Origin: Phoronis australis
Lineage: Eukaryota; Animalia; Phoronida
DNA length: 52,887 nt
Reading direction: 5' to 3'
NCBI GenBank assembly: GCA_002633005.1
Contig: NMRA01000821.1
Coordinates: 1 to 52,887 of the forward strand
The notes beneath the pieces are model-generated. The model was not told the DNA's origin. It worked only from the letters and a program-made list of their open reading frames with translations, and ran no database searches. Positions 13,101 to 25,655 of this stretch are shown piece after piece (positions within the stretch are counted from its first letter, which is position 1; each line of letters begins with the position of its first letter). The position numbers and the translations under genes are program-made.

Positions 13101-16100
13101 CAGATTGAATCATTGTACAGTTACTTTAACAAAACTGCTTAACTAGTAAACAATAATGAAAAGAAAGTTTACTTATCAACATGTCCTGAAAAGTAATTAC
13201 TTTCTAAAAATATGTTATCCAAAAGTATTCTAAAACTAGCAGTATTAACCTTGAAATCTTCAAAAAGTTTCGAATTTTTTTCAAACTCAAAATGACAACT
13301 CACTCTGTCAGTATTCTGAGCTACGATAAGCCCTGCCTTAACAAAACCAAACAACCAATCACAAATCACCTAGAATTCCAGACCTCAATAAGCACCACCT
13401 TTACAAAACTCAAAACGACCAATCATCACTCACCTAGCATTCTGGGCCTCAATAAGCACCACCTTTACAAAGCTCAAAATGACCAATCATCACTCACCTA
13501 GCATTCTGGGCCTCAATAAGCACCACCTTTACAAAACTCAAAATGACCAATCATCACTCACCTAGCATTCTGGGCCTCAATAAGCACCACCTTTACAAAA
13601 CTCAAAACGACCAATCATCACTCACCTAGCATTCTGGGCCTCAATAAGCTCCGCCCTGGCAAACTCAAAATCTTTCTTGTGAGTGGATGTCTTACGACTA
13701 TTCTGTACCTCCTTGGGGTGGTTAAACCTGCAGAACAGATATATGGACTACAGTACAACTGTGGCACATTTTAAATCTAAATTAAATAATATTTCCTGAA
13801 AATTATCAAAGAATGACCATGGGAATGACCATGGCTTATAATATTGTAATTCTCCTCACTTTCGCCAAAACTGTCATTTTTCCATTTCAAAGGCTGGTTA
13901 CTAAATACATCAAATAATGGAAAATTGACCAAAGGTTGTTTCATGACATCTATATAGTAGAATACCATGCTAGTAATAGACTAAAATATTAAACTTTATG
14001 CTTAATGTGACAAAATCAAAATTCCCTTGTCGGCCATACTATACGCCATTATAAACAAAGCACCTCAACTTCTCATGTCCAGGTTAACACCCAGTGTGGG
14101 TGAATTCCCACAAAACTACCGTATTCGCCGTAATTACCGCCCAGGGCGCTTAGAAAAGTTTGGTTCAGAGGGGGCACTTATTATAACCCAAGGCGGTTGA
14201 AACCCGGTCTCCGAAACGGGTGAAATCGGAAGCTAAGATTCATCAAATTTACGCGAGCCTCTGTGACGCATCAGTAATCTATGAAAGACTTTCAACAAAA
14301 CTGTGGTGCATTGCTATCAAACTTTGCTGCTATATTAAGGTCATTTTACAGAAAATTGTGTTGAAATCCCAAAGACGACTGACTGCCTCGAAATCGCCGT
14401 CTTCGATATGGCGACTTCAATGCTTCAATCAAAATAGTTTCGACTCAAGCAAATTACCTGAAAGCCTCATTAAGTTTTCTAAGTAGCGTCCCTAAGATTT
14501 TTTTAAGTTTCCGTGGAGTCTGAATTAACGGCAGGTTTAAGTACAAATCTTTGCAACATCGTGCCATCTACATGTATGATCGGCAACACGGTGAAAAAAA
14601 TGTCTGGACGAACACACATGTTGTTGTCACGTGACGTTTGTTTTGAAGTTCGTCTGCGTTTGTGAGTAAGCGAGTACGTGCGTGACACCAGAGTTCATTT
14701 GCCAAAGCAGGGACCGTCTTTTAGTCAGAGCCACCCAATCTAACAAGCTAGATGTGTATTGTGTCTAAAGAAATTTGCACAAGCATTGGGCCTAAACCAG
14801 AGTATGTTTCATTCACCACTTGCCGGTCTTATGTGCTAAAAACGTTCGACATTTGTCTCGGTAAGGCCCATATTAGTCGCCGTGTAACTGGATGCGTACG
14901 TAACTATCTGACAGTTATTTTTCGGAGTAAGGGTGTGTAAGCATTCACTGTCAGTTGTCATTTTATCGGTTATTCGGCTTAAAAACATCAATTATGGTTA
15001 ATCAAACAATCCATCTCAAAAATACACAAACATGTTTTATAGTATTAGAAATTGTCGGAAATTAGTGCCAATATTCATTTCTTACAGATGCTATGCTACC
15101 CATTTCATGAATGAATAGTTCCCGACTAATGTCTTTGATGACAGGTTCATATATGTAGCGCGCGCTTCCTGGCCACGTGCGTTTAACACCGAGTTATTTT
15201 TATTCATGAGACAGTCGACGTGTCTGTACTGAAAGGTTAGACCATAGTGGGACACAGTCGTCGCGAGAGTAGCAACGCTGTTGTGTTTATTTTGAAGCAC
15301 TGCGTTACTTTGAAGTGTATAGTCACAGCTTAATACAAACGTAGCAGTGCCGCTGGTGGTCTAAAAGACCCGTGCAAATTTTTTTGGATAAATTGAAGAC
15401 GTTACTGTAGCCGAGTTTTAGGACTGTAGGTACGTCATTGTTCGCATGTACACATTTATGAACTGGGTGCTTATTTCAGCAAAGTCTGAAAACGCGTGGG
15501 GGGGGCACTTATAGGGGCATGGGCGGTTATTACCAGTCCTGTAAACACCCAAGTTAAGGTATACGCCAGACCCAATACATGCTGTTGAGAGTTTCCTAAA
15601 ACCAACTAGCTTAGCAATTGCCACCACAAAACTTACTTTCATCGACCAATTATCACAGAAAGCCGGATAACAAATTACGATGTGATTTTCAGGTTAAGTT
15701 ATATTAAATGAATCTTGCACTCTTGACAACTTTCTGTTTTAATCATCACTGATCTGGGACATAACAATGCTGAGAATTTTAACTTTTTTTGCTTTTAGCA
15801 GGTTTTTTGAAGACTAATAATTCTTAAAATCCATTACATTTTAAAACCTGTATAAAGCGATTTTTAAGGTCCTAAAATATGTAGAATATGTCGATTACAG
15901 TCAGCAACACCTATCTTTGAGGTTCTCAACTCAAATGCTGTGGGCATTACCAGATATGTAGAGTATTCACACATAAATATACAACACCATAAACTAAAAA
16001 AGATATATAAAAGATAGGAACATTTAACACAGTGATATCCTTTAAGCATAAATGTCAAGGTAGAAGGTAAATAAGAAAATTTAGAACTCACCTGAAATAG

Positions 16101-19100
16101 TGGTCGCCGCCCAGGATAACACGGTCTCCCTGGAGGAAAATGACCAATAGTTAGACGAAACTTTTCATTGCATTTCCTTAACTCCTGCTTCACAAGCAAC
16201 AAGTCTTCACAAACAGATCGTTGAACAGAGGATTAAAAACAAAGGTTTCCAGAAGAATTTTGACAATTTCTCACAGGAGAGTTTCAAAACTATTTTCTAG
16301 CACATAACTCTATAAGGCACACAGCCTCGTGTTCATTGACAATCAACTTCACACTTTTATTCAAGTCACAGGGTAATTGTGTTGCACGCATGAATGTGAC
16401 AATGCATCCAACAAATGGAAACATCCACTTAATGACGCCCCCTATTGGAATGAATCAGTCACTCACGTGGTGCAAGGTCACAGTTCGCACAAGCTGCTCG
16501 CCGTTAACATAGGTGGGCGCGTCACCAATAGGGGTCAGGGTCACCTTGCCATTGACGTTTGCAATAGAACTGAAAGACCATTGAAAGGGTTCATGATAAA
16601 AACATCAATGCATTCTGAAGTACACGCAATAAAATATATGCAGAAAGTGAAACTATTAAATTTTAAAGGTGCCTTGTGGACTGTTTATGGAATGTGACTA
16701 TTACCTAGACACATTCTATGTCAAACAATGGCGAGTGTTAAATGTAGTTGTAATTTGGCAGTCGTCTTAAAAACTAGTCATGGAATAAGGTGAGTTAACA
16801 CCTCTGGTTTTCATAGTAATGTTATTTTCTGAATGAATCTCACAAGCATTACTTGGTCTCACATTGACAGTGGCCATTTGTGCGCCACCAAAGTAGCTCT
16901 CAATGCTACTATAGCGATAGCAATACTGGCCACCGAACAGTACATTCCTTACATCTCATCTCATAACCTAATCTCTGTCCATTACACCCAACTGTCCCAG
17001 CTAATCTCTATCTACTTCACCTATCACTCACCCACAAGCTCCACCCACTACAAATTACCTTTAATATCAAGTCCTGCTCACTACACCTAAACCTACATTC
17101 CAAGCTCCACCCACAAAACTTCCATGCCAAGCTCCATATACAAAACCGCCTAAGGTTCACCCACAAGAACCTACACACCAATTTCAGCTCGCTCCAACAA
17201 ACTATTCATGCCAAGCATCAGGCACCCCCCCGTTACATTCCCATGGCACTTCATGTACTACACCTTACCCCAATAGCGAAGCTCCGCCTACCAAGCCGAA
17301 AACAAACTCACCAATGTTGGTCAGCAATCAGCGCCCCAGACAACTGAATCTCCTGTGGGGAATCAGACTTCATTCGGCCAACAGTGGTGGCGCCCTCTTT
17401 GATAACATACAGTAGCATTTCTGACAGCTGCGGGTCCTCATTGAGATTGACAAGGTTGGGTAGGCGATTGTCAATCTTGAATGTCACGCCAGATTTCTGG
17501 AAGTAGCGGAAGGATGGTACTGTTGTTCACTATCTCATAACGCTGCTTAGCTTTTATTATAGCACAGACTTTGTCTATCAGCACCTACATTACAATAAGC
17601 TGTTCCAAAATATAGCAACCTCAAAAAGGTCATCATAGTGGATAAGAACACTATTGTCCGTATTAGAAAGATCAGTCAATAACAAGAAGAAACATAGCAA
17701 TCACGACGTACCATCAAGTGATTGACTTCTTGCTGCTTAGCGCAGCCTAGTCAAACTCCTCCCACCAATAACCTGATGGGAGGAGTTTCCCACTCCCCTC
17801 CAACCAAGCTCCACCCTCTTACCTCCATCAACCTGGATTCCTCCAGTTTCCGCTGCTCCGACCGTGCTAGCCTCTCCTGCCATGACCTTGTAACCTCTTG
17901 CATCTCGCGCTCCTTCTGCTGCAGCTTCTCACGGAGACTCGCCACCTCCGCCAGGCCAGCTGCGCCGTCGCTTTCATTTAGACTTGCCGTGCCACCTGCC
18001 CGTAGCCTCTCGATCTCAGCACGCAGCTCTAAAAGTCAAAGGTTAAATGCTGAATAATTTCAAAGCAGGTGTCATTTGGAGTAAGAATACTTGAACAGAA
18101 ATTTTGATCGACAAGCTGGGAGAGGATGAAAACGCAAGCAAGCAATTTTGGCTAGTGATGGTACTTTTTACAAAATGGCTGTTTAACTGACTTAATTCAA
18201 AGCATGAGACTCAAACCAAGATGCTGACTTTAACATTTGAAGAATGACAAAACCGACAGTTGACTTCACCAATAACAGACAGCCATCATTAACTGTCTAC
18301 ATCAGCCTGATCGTATGAGAATCAATGTGTTCATACTAGGCCAACTTACCCCTTATGATCTTAGCCTTGGGATCCTCATTAACCCTGGCCGTGTTTACGA
18401 TTGAGCGGGCCTGCCGTGCGTACCGGAGGGTACTCAGCGTCTCCTCAGTATGCTGGTTAGCAGGACTGATAGTAGCCAGCATAGTCGTCTTGGAGTTACC
18501 CCCCAGACTCTCTTTCAGAAGCCTGCAATGTAATGAGCGTAATAATCATGGATGTTTCAAAGGCTTTTGATACAACGGATCACTGAGAGTGTAACATCAA
18601 ACTAATCATATGTGGCTGTTTAATAAAAAAAGACAATGTTTTAAATGTCATCTTACAGTGCCTCATCACGTGATGATTACGATCCGCAGTATTTCACTGA
18701 AACACAGCCCAATAATTGTTGCTAGTTTTGTTTAAGTACAAAACAGCTATGTTCCATGTATGCGAAATGAATGAAACCAATAAAACACCTCCTGCCAAGC
18801 ATTATCAAGAAAGTCGCTAACTGAGTGGAATGTTCCTTTATCAAACAAATACGGATCCACTTCATACCATGTGAGCACCGAGTCCCTGTATGGAATGAAC
18901 AGTTTCTTTTTCTTGTTCACAGCATCTGTCTGTTCACTGAGCAAAGAGATGACCTTACCAAGGGCATGTAGTGACTTGTTGATGCTGGCGCCCTCCTGTG
19001 GAACACAGATAAATGCACCAATTACTATCAGTTCTATTAATAGTAATAATAATAGCAATAATGATCTTTATTAGTATATAATACAGGGTTTGGAATGACT

Positions 19101-22100
19101 AATGACAAAAAAATAACGCGGAAACTTTTACGGCCCAAAACATGTGCGCTACCTGGTCGATGTGAACCTTGCGCCAACAAAAATCGGGACTAAAAATGCG
19201 TCTGCGTCCTTTTAGCTCGTCCGTCCACTCCCAACCCACACATTTTTTGCTGCAAAGCCGTAGTATTTGTCACCACGGTTTACAATCACACAAGACGCCA
19301 TTGAAAATCCCACCATGCTATCCCAGATGCCCCGGCAATGTTGACAATTTACGTTCCTCCAAATCATAAAGAACAACTTCCGCTTTTCGAGGTGAACGTC
19401 GTCTGGCAACGCCGTGGTAAGAAAGGAATTTGCCGCGGAAATTTTATATCAAATCCGATTTTTTTTTACGCGGAAATATAATAAAATGCGCGGACAGAAC
19501 ATTTGAAAAAAGCGGAAATCCGCGTTTCCGTGGAAAATTCCAAGCCTTGATAATGGGCATCACCCGTACATATTCAAAACAATACACCACCTCATCTCTC
19601 AATTCCCTCACTTTCTAAATATACAGGGCAAACCACTTAATCACACTGGGATCTTTATTTTTGAAAAGTCTTGTACCATTGTTAATTAAATTCTTTGTAC
19701 AAGCAAGGTGTAACCTAGAATGACACGAAGACCAATTCTGTAGCTACAGCATGTTCCCATGAGCATTTCTATTGTCCAAACAAATGGCACATCAGCTGCA
19801 AGACAACCACTCATAATGACATCCCGCAAGCGCTCTTATACATAGCTTAGGCATTCCTTCAATGTTTTGTAGACCAGTCATTTGCAAAATGCAATAATGT
19901 CACCCAGCCATCAAAGAATCCAACAAAAATTTCCACCAGTTTTTTTTACAAGGTAAGTTTGTCTACACAGCACTAGTAATTCTATAATGTAACTAAAAAG
20001 CCCGCTGTGATTATGTATTCAGTTAATGTACATGAAGCCATTTGACAATAACTCGTGTACCATTACTTGACAATAACTCGTGTACCATTACTTGACAATA
20101 ACTCTTGTACCATTACTTGACAATAACTCGTGTACCATTACCTAAAGCCTCGTTTGTGGGATCCTCTCATGTAAACATTTATTCAACCACCGAGGATGAA
20201 AATCCTAGGAACATCAATACATGTCCGAGTGATACACATATCAAACCTGAGTTCACAATGACAGAATACAACGCGTCCGAATAGCTGGCAAGACGCATGC
20301 AGCAGCTCCCCCTAGCCTCACCTTTAGTCTCTGCCCCGAGGTCTGTGCCTGACTCTGGCGCTCGCTACCTGCAAGGTCGACCAGGTTAATACGACTGGTC
20401 GTAGAGTGCTCATGGTCCTCACCCTCCAGGACTTCAGTCTGTGGATATCAACAATACAGTCACAACATAATGTACAAAAATTAATCAAGGCAGATTTATT
20501 GGAAATGATATAAACCGACTTTTGCCAAACAAATAACTATCCACTTAGATCACCCATCGTCATAAACAGGTTTCAGTTGTTGACTATGAAGATGAGAAGT
20601 GAATTCTGGACTTGAGAAGGATTGACGGCTCATTTCAGCTTGAAACGAAGCCTGGCGCACACAGTGAATCACCTGGTCTTAAGCGCCAGTCAACTGTCAG
20701 TTTTTCGCGAGCCTAGAAGTTAATTCTAATCTAAGTAACAAACTGTGTGAAATCATTATGGTAAGTTGTTTATATAAACAAAGGAGCTTAAATTCCGTGA
20801 GGCTCTACACATCAGTTGGTTCAAGCCCAATCTCAATATGCAACTGGCACACCACAGATTGTCATTGTTAGTCTAGTCTATTGTTGCTCCCCTGTAACTA
20901 ACATTGTCTGTGTATCTGACTGTGTGTGTGTGTATCATTACTTGGTGCTGGGCCTAGCAAGGTGGCTACTGTGAATTTTTTCTTCTGATGATGGTGTTTC
21001 AATAAACGCCGAAACATGTCACGCCAGTTTAAATTCGTCGGTGTTTTTATTAACATAAACAATTGTACTTTTTAATGAAAAGTAGGTTTATACCATGTTA
21101 AGCACCTGGTATACCTGGCTGCACTACCTAGGTGACCCTCCATACCTGGTCAGGGCTTGGAATGACCAATGACAAAAAACGCGGAAACTTTGAAACTTTT
21201 TTTACGGCCCAAATCATCGCCCGATAACCAGCCTAGAACTGGTCAATGTGAACCTTTCCCCGACAAAAATCGGGAGGACTAAAAAAAAAAAAAAAAAAAC
21301 ACGTTATCACCACCAGTAGCATGCGTCTGCGTCCTTTTAGCTCGCCCGTCTCCTCCCAACCCACACACTTTTTGGATGCAGAGCGGTGGTATTTGTCGCC
21401 GCGCTTAACAATAACACGAGACGCCATTGAAAAACACACCACGCTATCCCAGATGCCCCGGCAATGTTGACAATTTACGTTCCTCCGAACATAAAGAGCA
21501 ACTTCCGCTTTTCGAGGTGAACGTCGTCTGCAACGCCGCGGTAAGACAGGAATTTGCCGCGGAAATTTTATATCAAATCCGATTTTTTTACGCGGAAATA
21601 TTATAAAAAAGCGGAAAGCACATTTGAAAAAAGCGGAAATCCGCGTTTCCGCGGAAAATTCCAAGCCCGGCCTGGTATACCTAGCTGCACTACCTAGGTG
21701 ACCTGCCACAGCTGGTATACTGGCTGCACTACCTAGGTGACCCTCCACACCTAGGTGTCTTTCCCTTCATATTCCAACTTACCCTGGTCTGCGTCAGTAG
21801 TACAGTGAAGACAGAGTGTGACCGGCTACTCTTATCATTCATCCCTGTTGAGGCCGTCGCTCGCTGCTTGTTGCCCAGATTTAACCAACTCTGAAAACAC
21901 AAGAATATTAAAGTTAGGTATTACTTTACCTTACGATGTGTGCTTACCCAGTGACAGCTTACCACAACATTAAATTCATGTAACTTCAGCAATCCTTCAA
22001 GGGAAGATAAAATAAAACGCAAGCATCCTTTTTCAACTTCGGACAATGTTATTCAAGTGTATATGAATATGTCAATCTCAATATGGCCTGGAAAATATGT

Positions 22101-25100
22101 TGCAAACATTTTGTCCTGTCAGCCCGTCATCTTTTGGCCACATCACATGACCTAATGAATATAAGTCTGAAAAGATTTCTGCCACGTGATGTGGCCAGAA
22201 GATGGCGTGCTGACAGGACAAAAAGCTTGCAAAATATTATTCAAGCTTGGACAATATTTTTCAAGCTTGTACATTATTCAAGCTTAAGGAATAATGCTCA
22301 AGCTTGGGCAAAATCATACATGCTTGGACAATATTATTCAAGATTGGGCAATATTATTCTTGCTTGGGACAATATTTTCCAAGCTTTTTGAGCTCAGATT
22401 ATTTACAGTTCTACTACAAGCTTGCCTAAACTTACTCGAACTGTAGCAAACGGGCTCATTAAACCACAACTTGTCACTTGTGAACAGGTCATAAGGAAAA
22501 CCAAGCTTTGCTTGTAAATGGAATACGGTATAGATAGTAAGCTTGAAGGTTTTCCAAGCTAAGAAATTAATCTTGGAAAAGGTGAATTGCACAAGCTTAG
22601 TCAATATTTTTGACAAGCTTGATTTACTCAATTCACCAATAGTCTTTTGGAGGCCATAATATGATGAAGGGTACTATTCTCTGCATGGACGCACACACAA
22701 ACGAAATAACACTTATCATTACTACATCCCCTACGCCTTTGACGAGGGTTACTTATGCATCGCAGAAATAACTTCATATGAATTCCAACGGGCATGACAA
22801 CAATAATTTAAAAGAAAAGAAAGTATCAACAAACCTGGATGTCTTCATAGGAGCGTACTACAAATGACGACAGACCTTCCACATAAGGACCAAGGGCTGG
22901 GTGTTCACGCACTTTTAGCTGCAGAAAGTACAAGAAGCAACAACATCAGTGCCAACTAGTTTTCAGCTGTATTTTCTAGTAAATGTTTGCTACCAACAGT
23001 ACTTTCTCTGAGTAAGAAAGAGCGTATTTGTGAAAAATGGGAAGCAAAATAACATCAAAACTTTTGATATCATATCGTACAGTATCACACAAGAAAACAA
23101 ATAAAACTTTATTACGTCACAAAACAATTTTCAACAATAGAATGGCTTAACCATCTTACTAACTCTTGTTAACTCCCAAGAAAACCCGCCTCCAGACAAG
23201 CTGTCATGACGGAAGACCCGCCTCCGCCTAACTGTCATGACTGAGAATTCCAGCACATTTTGTCAGTCAGAATGCATTTGGCTCGTACTGTATGCTTTCA
23301 AGTGATATCTCACAAAACTATAACTCACCAAATCTCTCTACTAGTATACTCACGGGAGCCTTCTTATCACTCTGGTCTTTAGGCACGGACGACAGGAGGT
23401 CATGTATCTTCTCGTTGTAGATCTCAAAGAACGAGATCTCCACATTCACTTTCACCTGAGTGATTAAACATGGAACCATTAGCAATTAAAAAAGTGTCAA
23501 ACACTAACTTTGAACTTACCACGACAGAAATAATGATCTCAATTTGTACCTAAAGCCTAGAAAATACGTGTGTTCAGGTCTCTGAAAGAATGGACACAGT
23601 AACTGTTGTAGACTAAGGAGTGTATATTCAATCACACAAAGGTCATCCACATAAATACAGATACAATGCTAACTGAGGCACTTCATGACTCACACCTCAA
23701 AGTCATTTTACATCACTAGCGCCTAGTGTCCCCTAGTGCCCGTAGTCGAGAGCACAATGAACATAGCTGAATGGGAAAGATGATTCTCAGCAAAAAGACT
23801 GTTACAGTACGCAATGAACTGTTATACAGTCAGAATTGGTAGATGTCATTTCACTGTGTCAAAAGCAATGACAATCATTGTAATCCAAATGGGAACAGAC
23901 TGGTTTTCACTGTGTCAAAAGCAATGACAATCATTGTAATCCAAATGGGAACAGACTGGTTCTCTACTCAAATATTAGTAAATAAAAAAGTTGTTACAGC
24001 AGTATCTTCTCATCACTTGTGCTTGACTGGTTCAGGGACTTAACACTAGAGGGAGTGACCACAGACCCGTAGGAACTTATTGCTATGGTGACCAGGCTTT
24101 GCCTTACAATGTATTTCACTTACATTTTCCTCTGTTGATGATTCAACCCTTTGGAAGATCTCTTCAGTAAACCGTGGCACAATACCTCTCTCCTCTCCAT
24201 GGCCCATAATACTGCACAATGTAAAACGCATTGAATTGAACAAAACATTAATTTAAACAGTGCTTGAAATGACCAATGACAAAAGAGTGGGAGATTTTCC
24301 AGATAATGCATCGTTCCACAAATAAGTAGGCTTGTGTTATAGAAATATTTTTTGTGTTGTAAAATTTAAATGAAATCAAAGTTTTCGCGTGAATAAAGTC
24401 AAAATAATCATAAAAAGAGACAAATTAAAAGAAAACTAAAAAACCAAATACAAGGAAATCGAAACCAAAAAAGAGAAAATCCTCTCACAACAGAAGCATA
24501 TCAGCAATAAAAGCAGCTGCAATAAACCGTCCCAGATTCAGACCACATGCCACAACAAAATTGTTTTCAACTTGCTTCAGGGTTTGTATCAAACTGATAG
24601 TTCTTCATTCCTTGAGATCATACTAAACACATACAATAAAACAAAGCAGACTTGTTGAGCCTCGTCTTAAGCAAAAACGAATATGTTTCATTTCTCTCAA
24701 AAACCTGAAATCACCTTGAAAGGATGGTTTGATCACACTTTTTCACTTGCCAATGGTTTGAATGTTCCGCCAGGGGTAGAAATAGTTGTTTATTGTGGCA
24801 CACTTAGGTTATGGGCATACTTTGCATGTCTGACTTATGGAAAATCTCATACAATGCGGACAATAACATTAGTTACATTGCATTTTTTCATAAGAGATAA
24901 GTTGGACTACATGAATGCTTTACACTTTTTAACTTCTAAAGCATACTTACCATCAAGCAATGTTTTGATAAACTAATGGTCATTCAAAACAATGAGAAAA
25001 CCTTTTGAAAATGAAGAAGGTAATTTTTTTTCTGTAATTATTTTTGTCCTCAATTGGCAAGAAATTACAACACTAGGTCAAAATTAACATATTCACATGG

Positions 25101-25507
25101 TACGTCCAATAGGTTTTATCCAACAATTTGTTCAAACCATCCGATATTCAACTTCCCATGATGCTAGTTACCTATAACTCTTCCCACTTCCTGTCTGTCC
25201 GTAGGCAAAAAGACATGTGTTGTATCCTTCGAACGCCTTGCCCAGCATGGGTTGAGCCAGTACGTTGTATACATGCTCCTGACCAGCAAACTCTCCGCGC
25301 GTGCGGTCAAACGACCAAAATGAGAAATCGTACGTAAATCGATTGGTCAGACCAGCCTCGGAGGTAACGATGGTCTCTGCGCCAGACATGGACACAACTC
25401 TCTTGACATTCTCATCCGACACTTCCCTGCAAGATGAGAGTTGTCCCTGATGATATGATGATTGAGACACTCTAAAATATACCTTCAGTTGAGATTAGTG
25501 GTTCTTT

Positions 25508-25596
<89 letters not shown>

Positions 25597-25605
25597 ACCC
25601 ACCCA

Positions 25606-25655
<50 letters not shown>

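Noticed and set aside
17753-17788. 12-bp intronic hairpin near the exon 10 donor
   Set aside because: Single occurrence with no supporting evidence of function.
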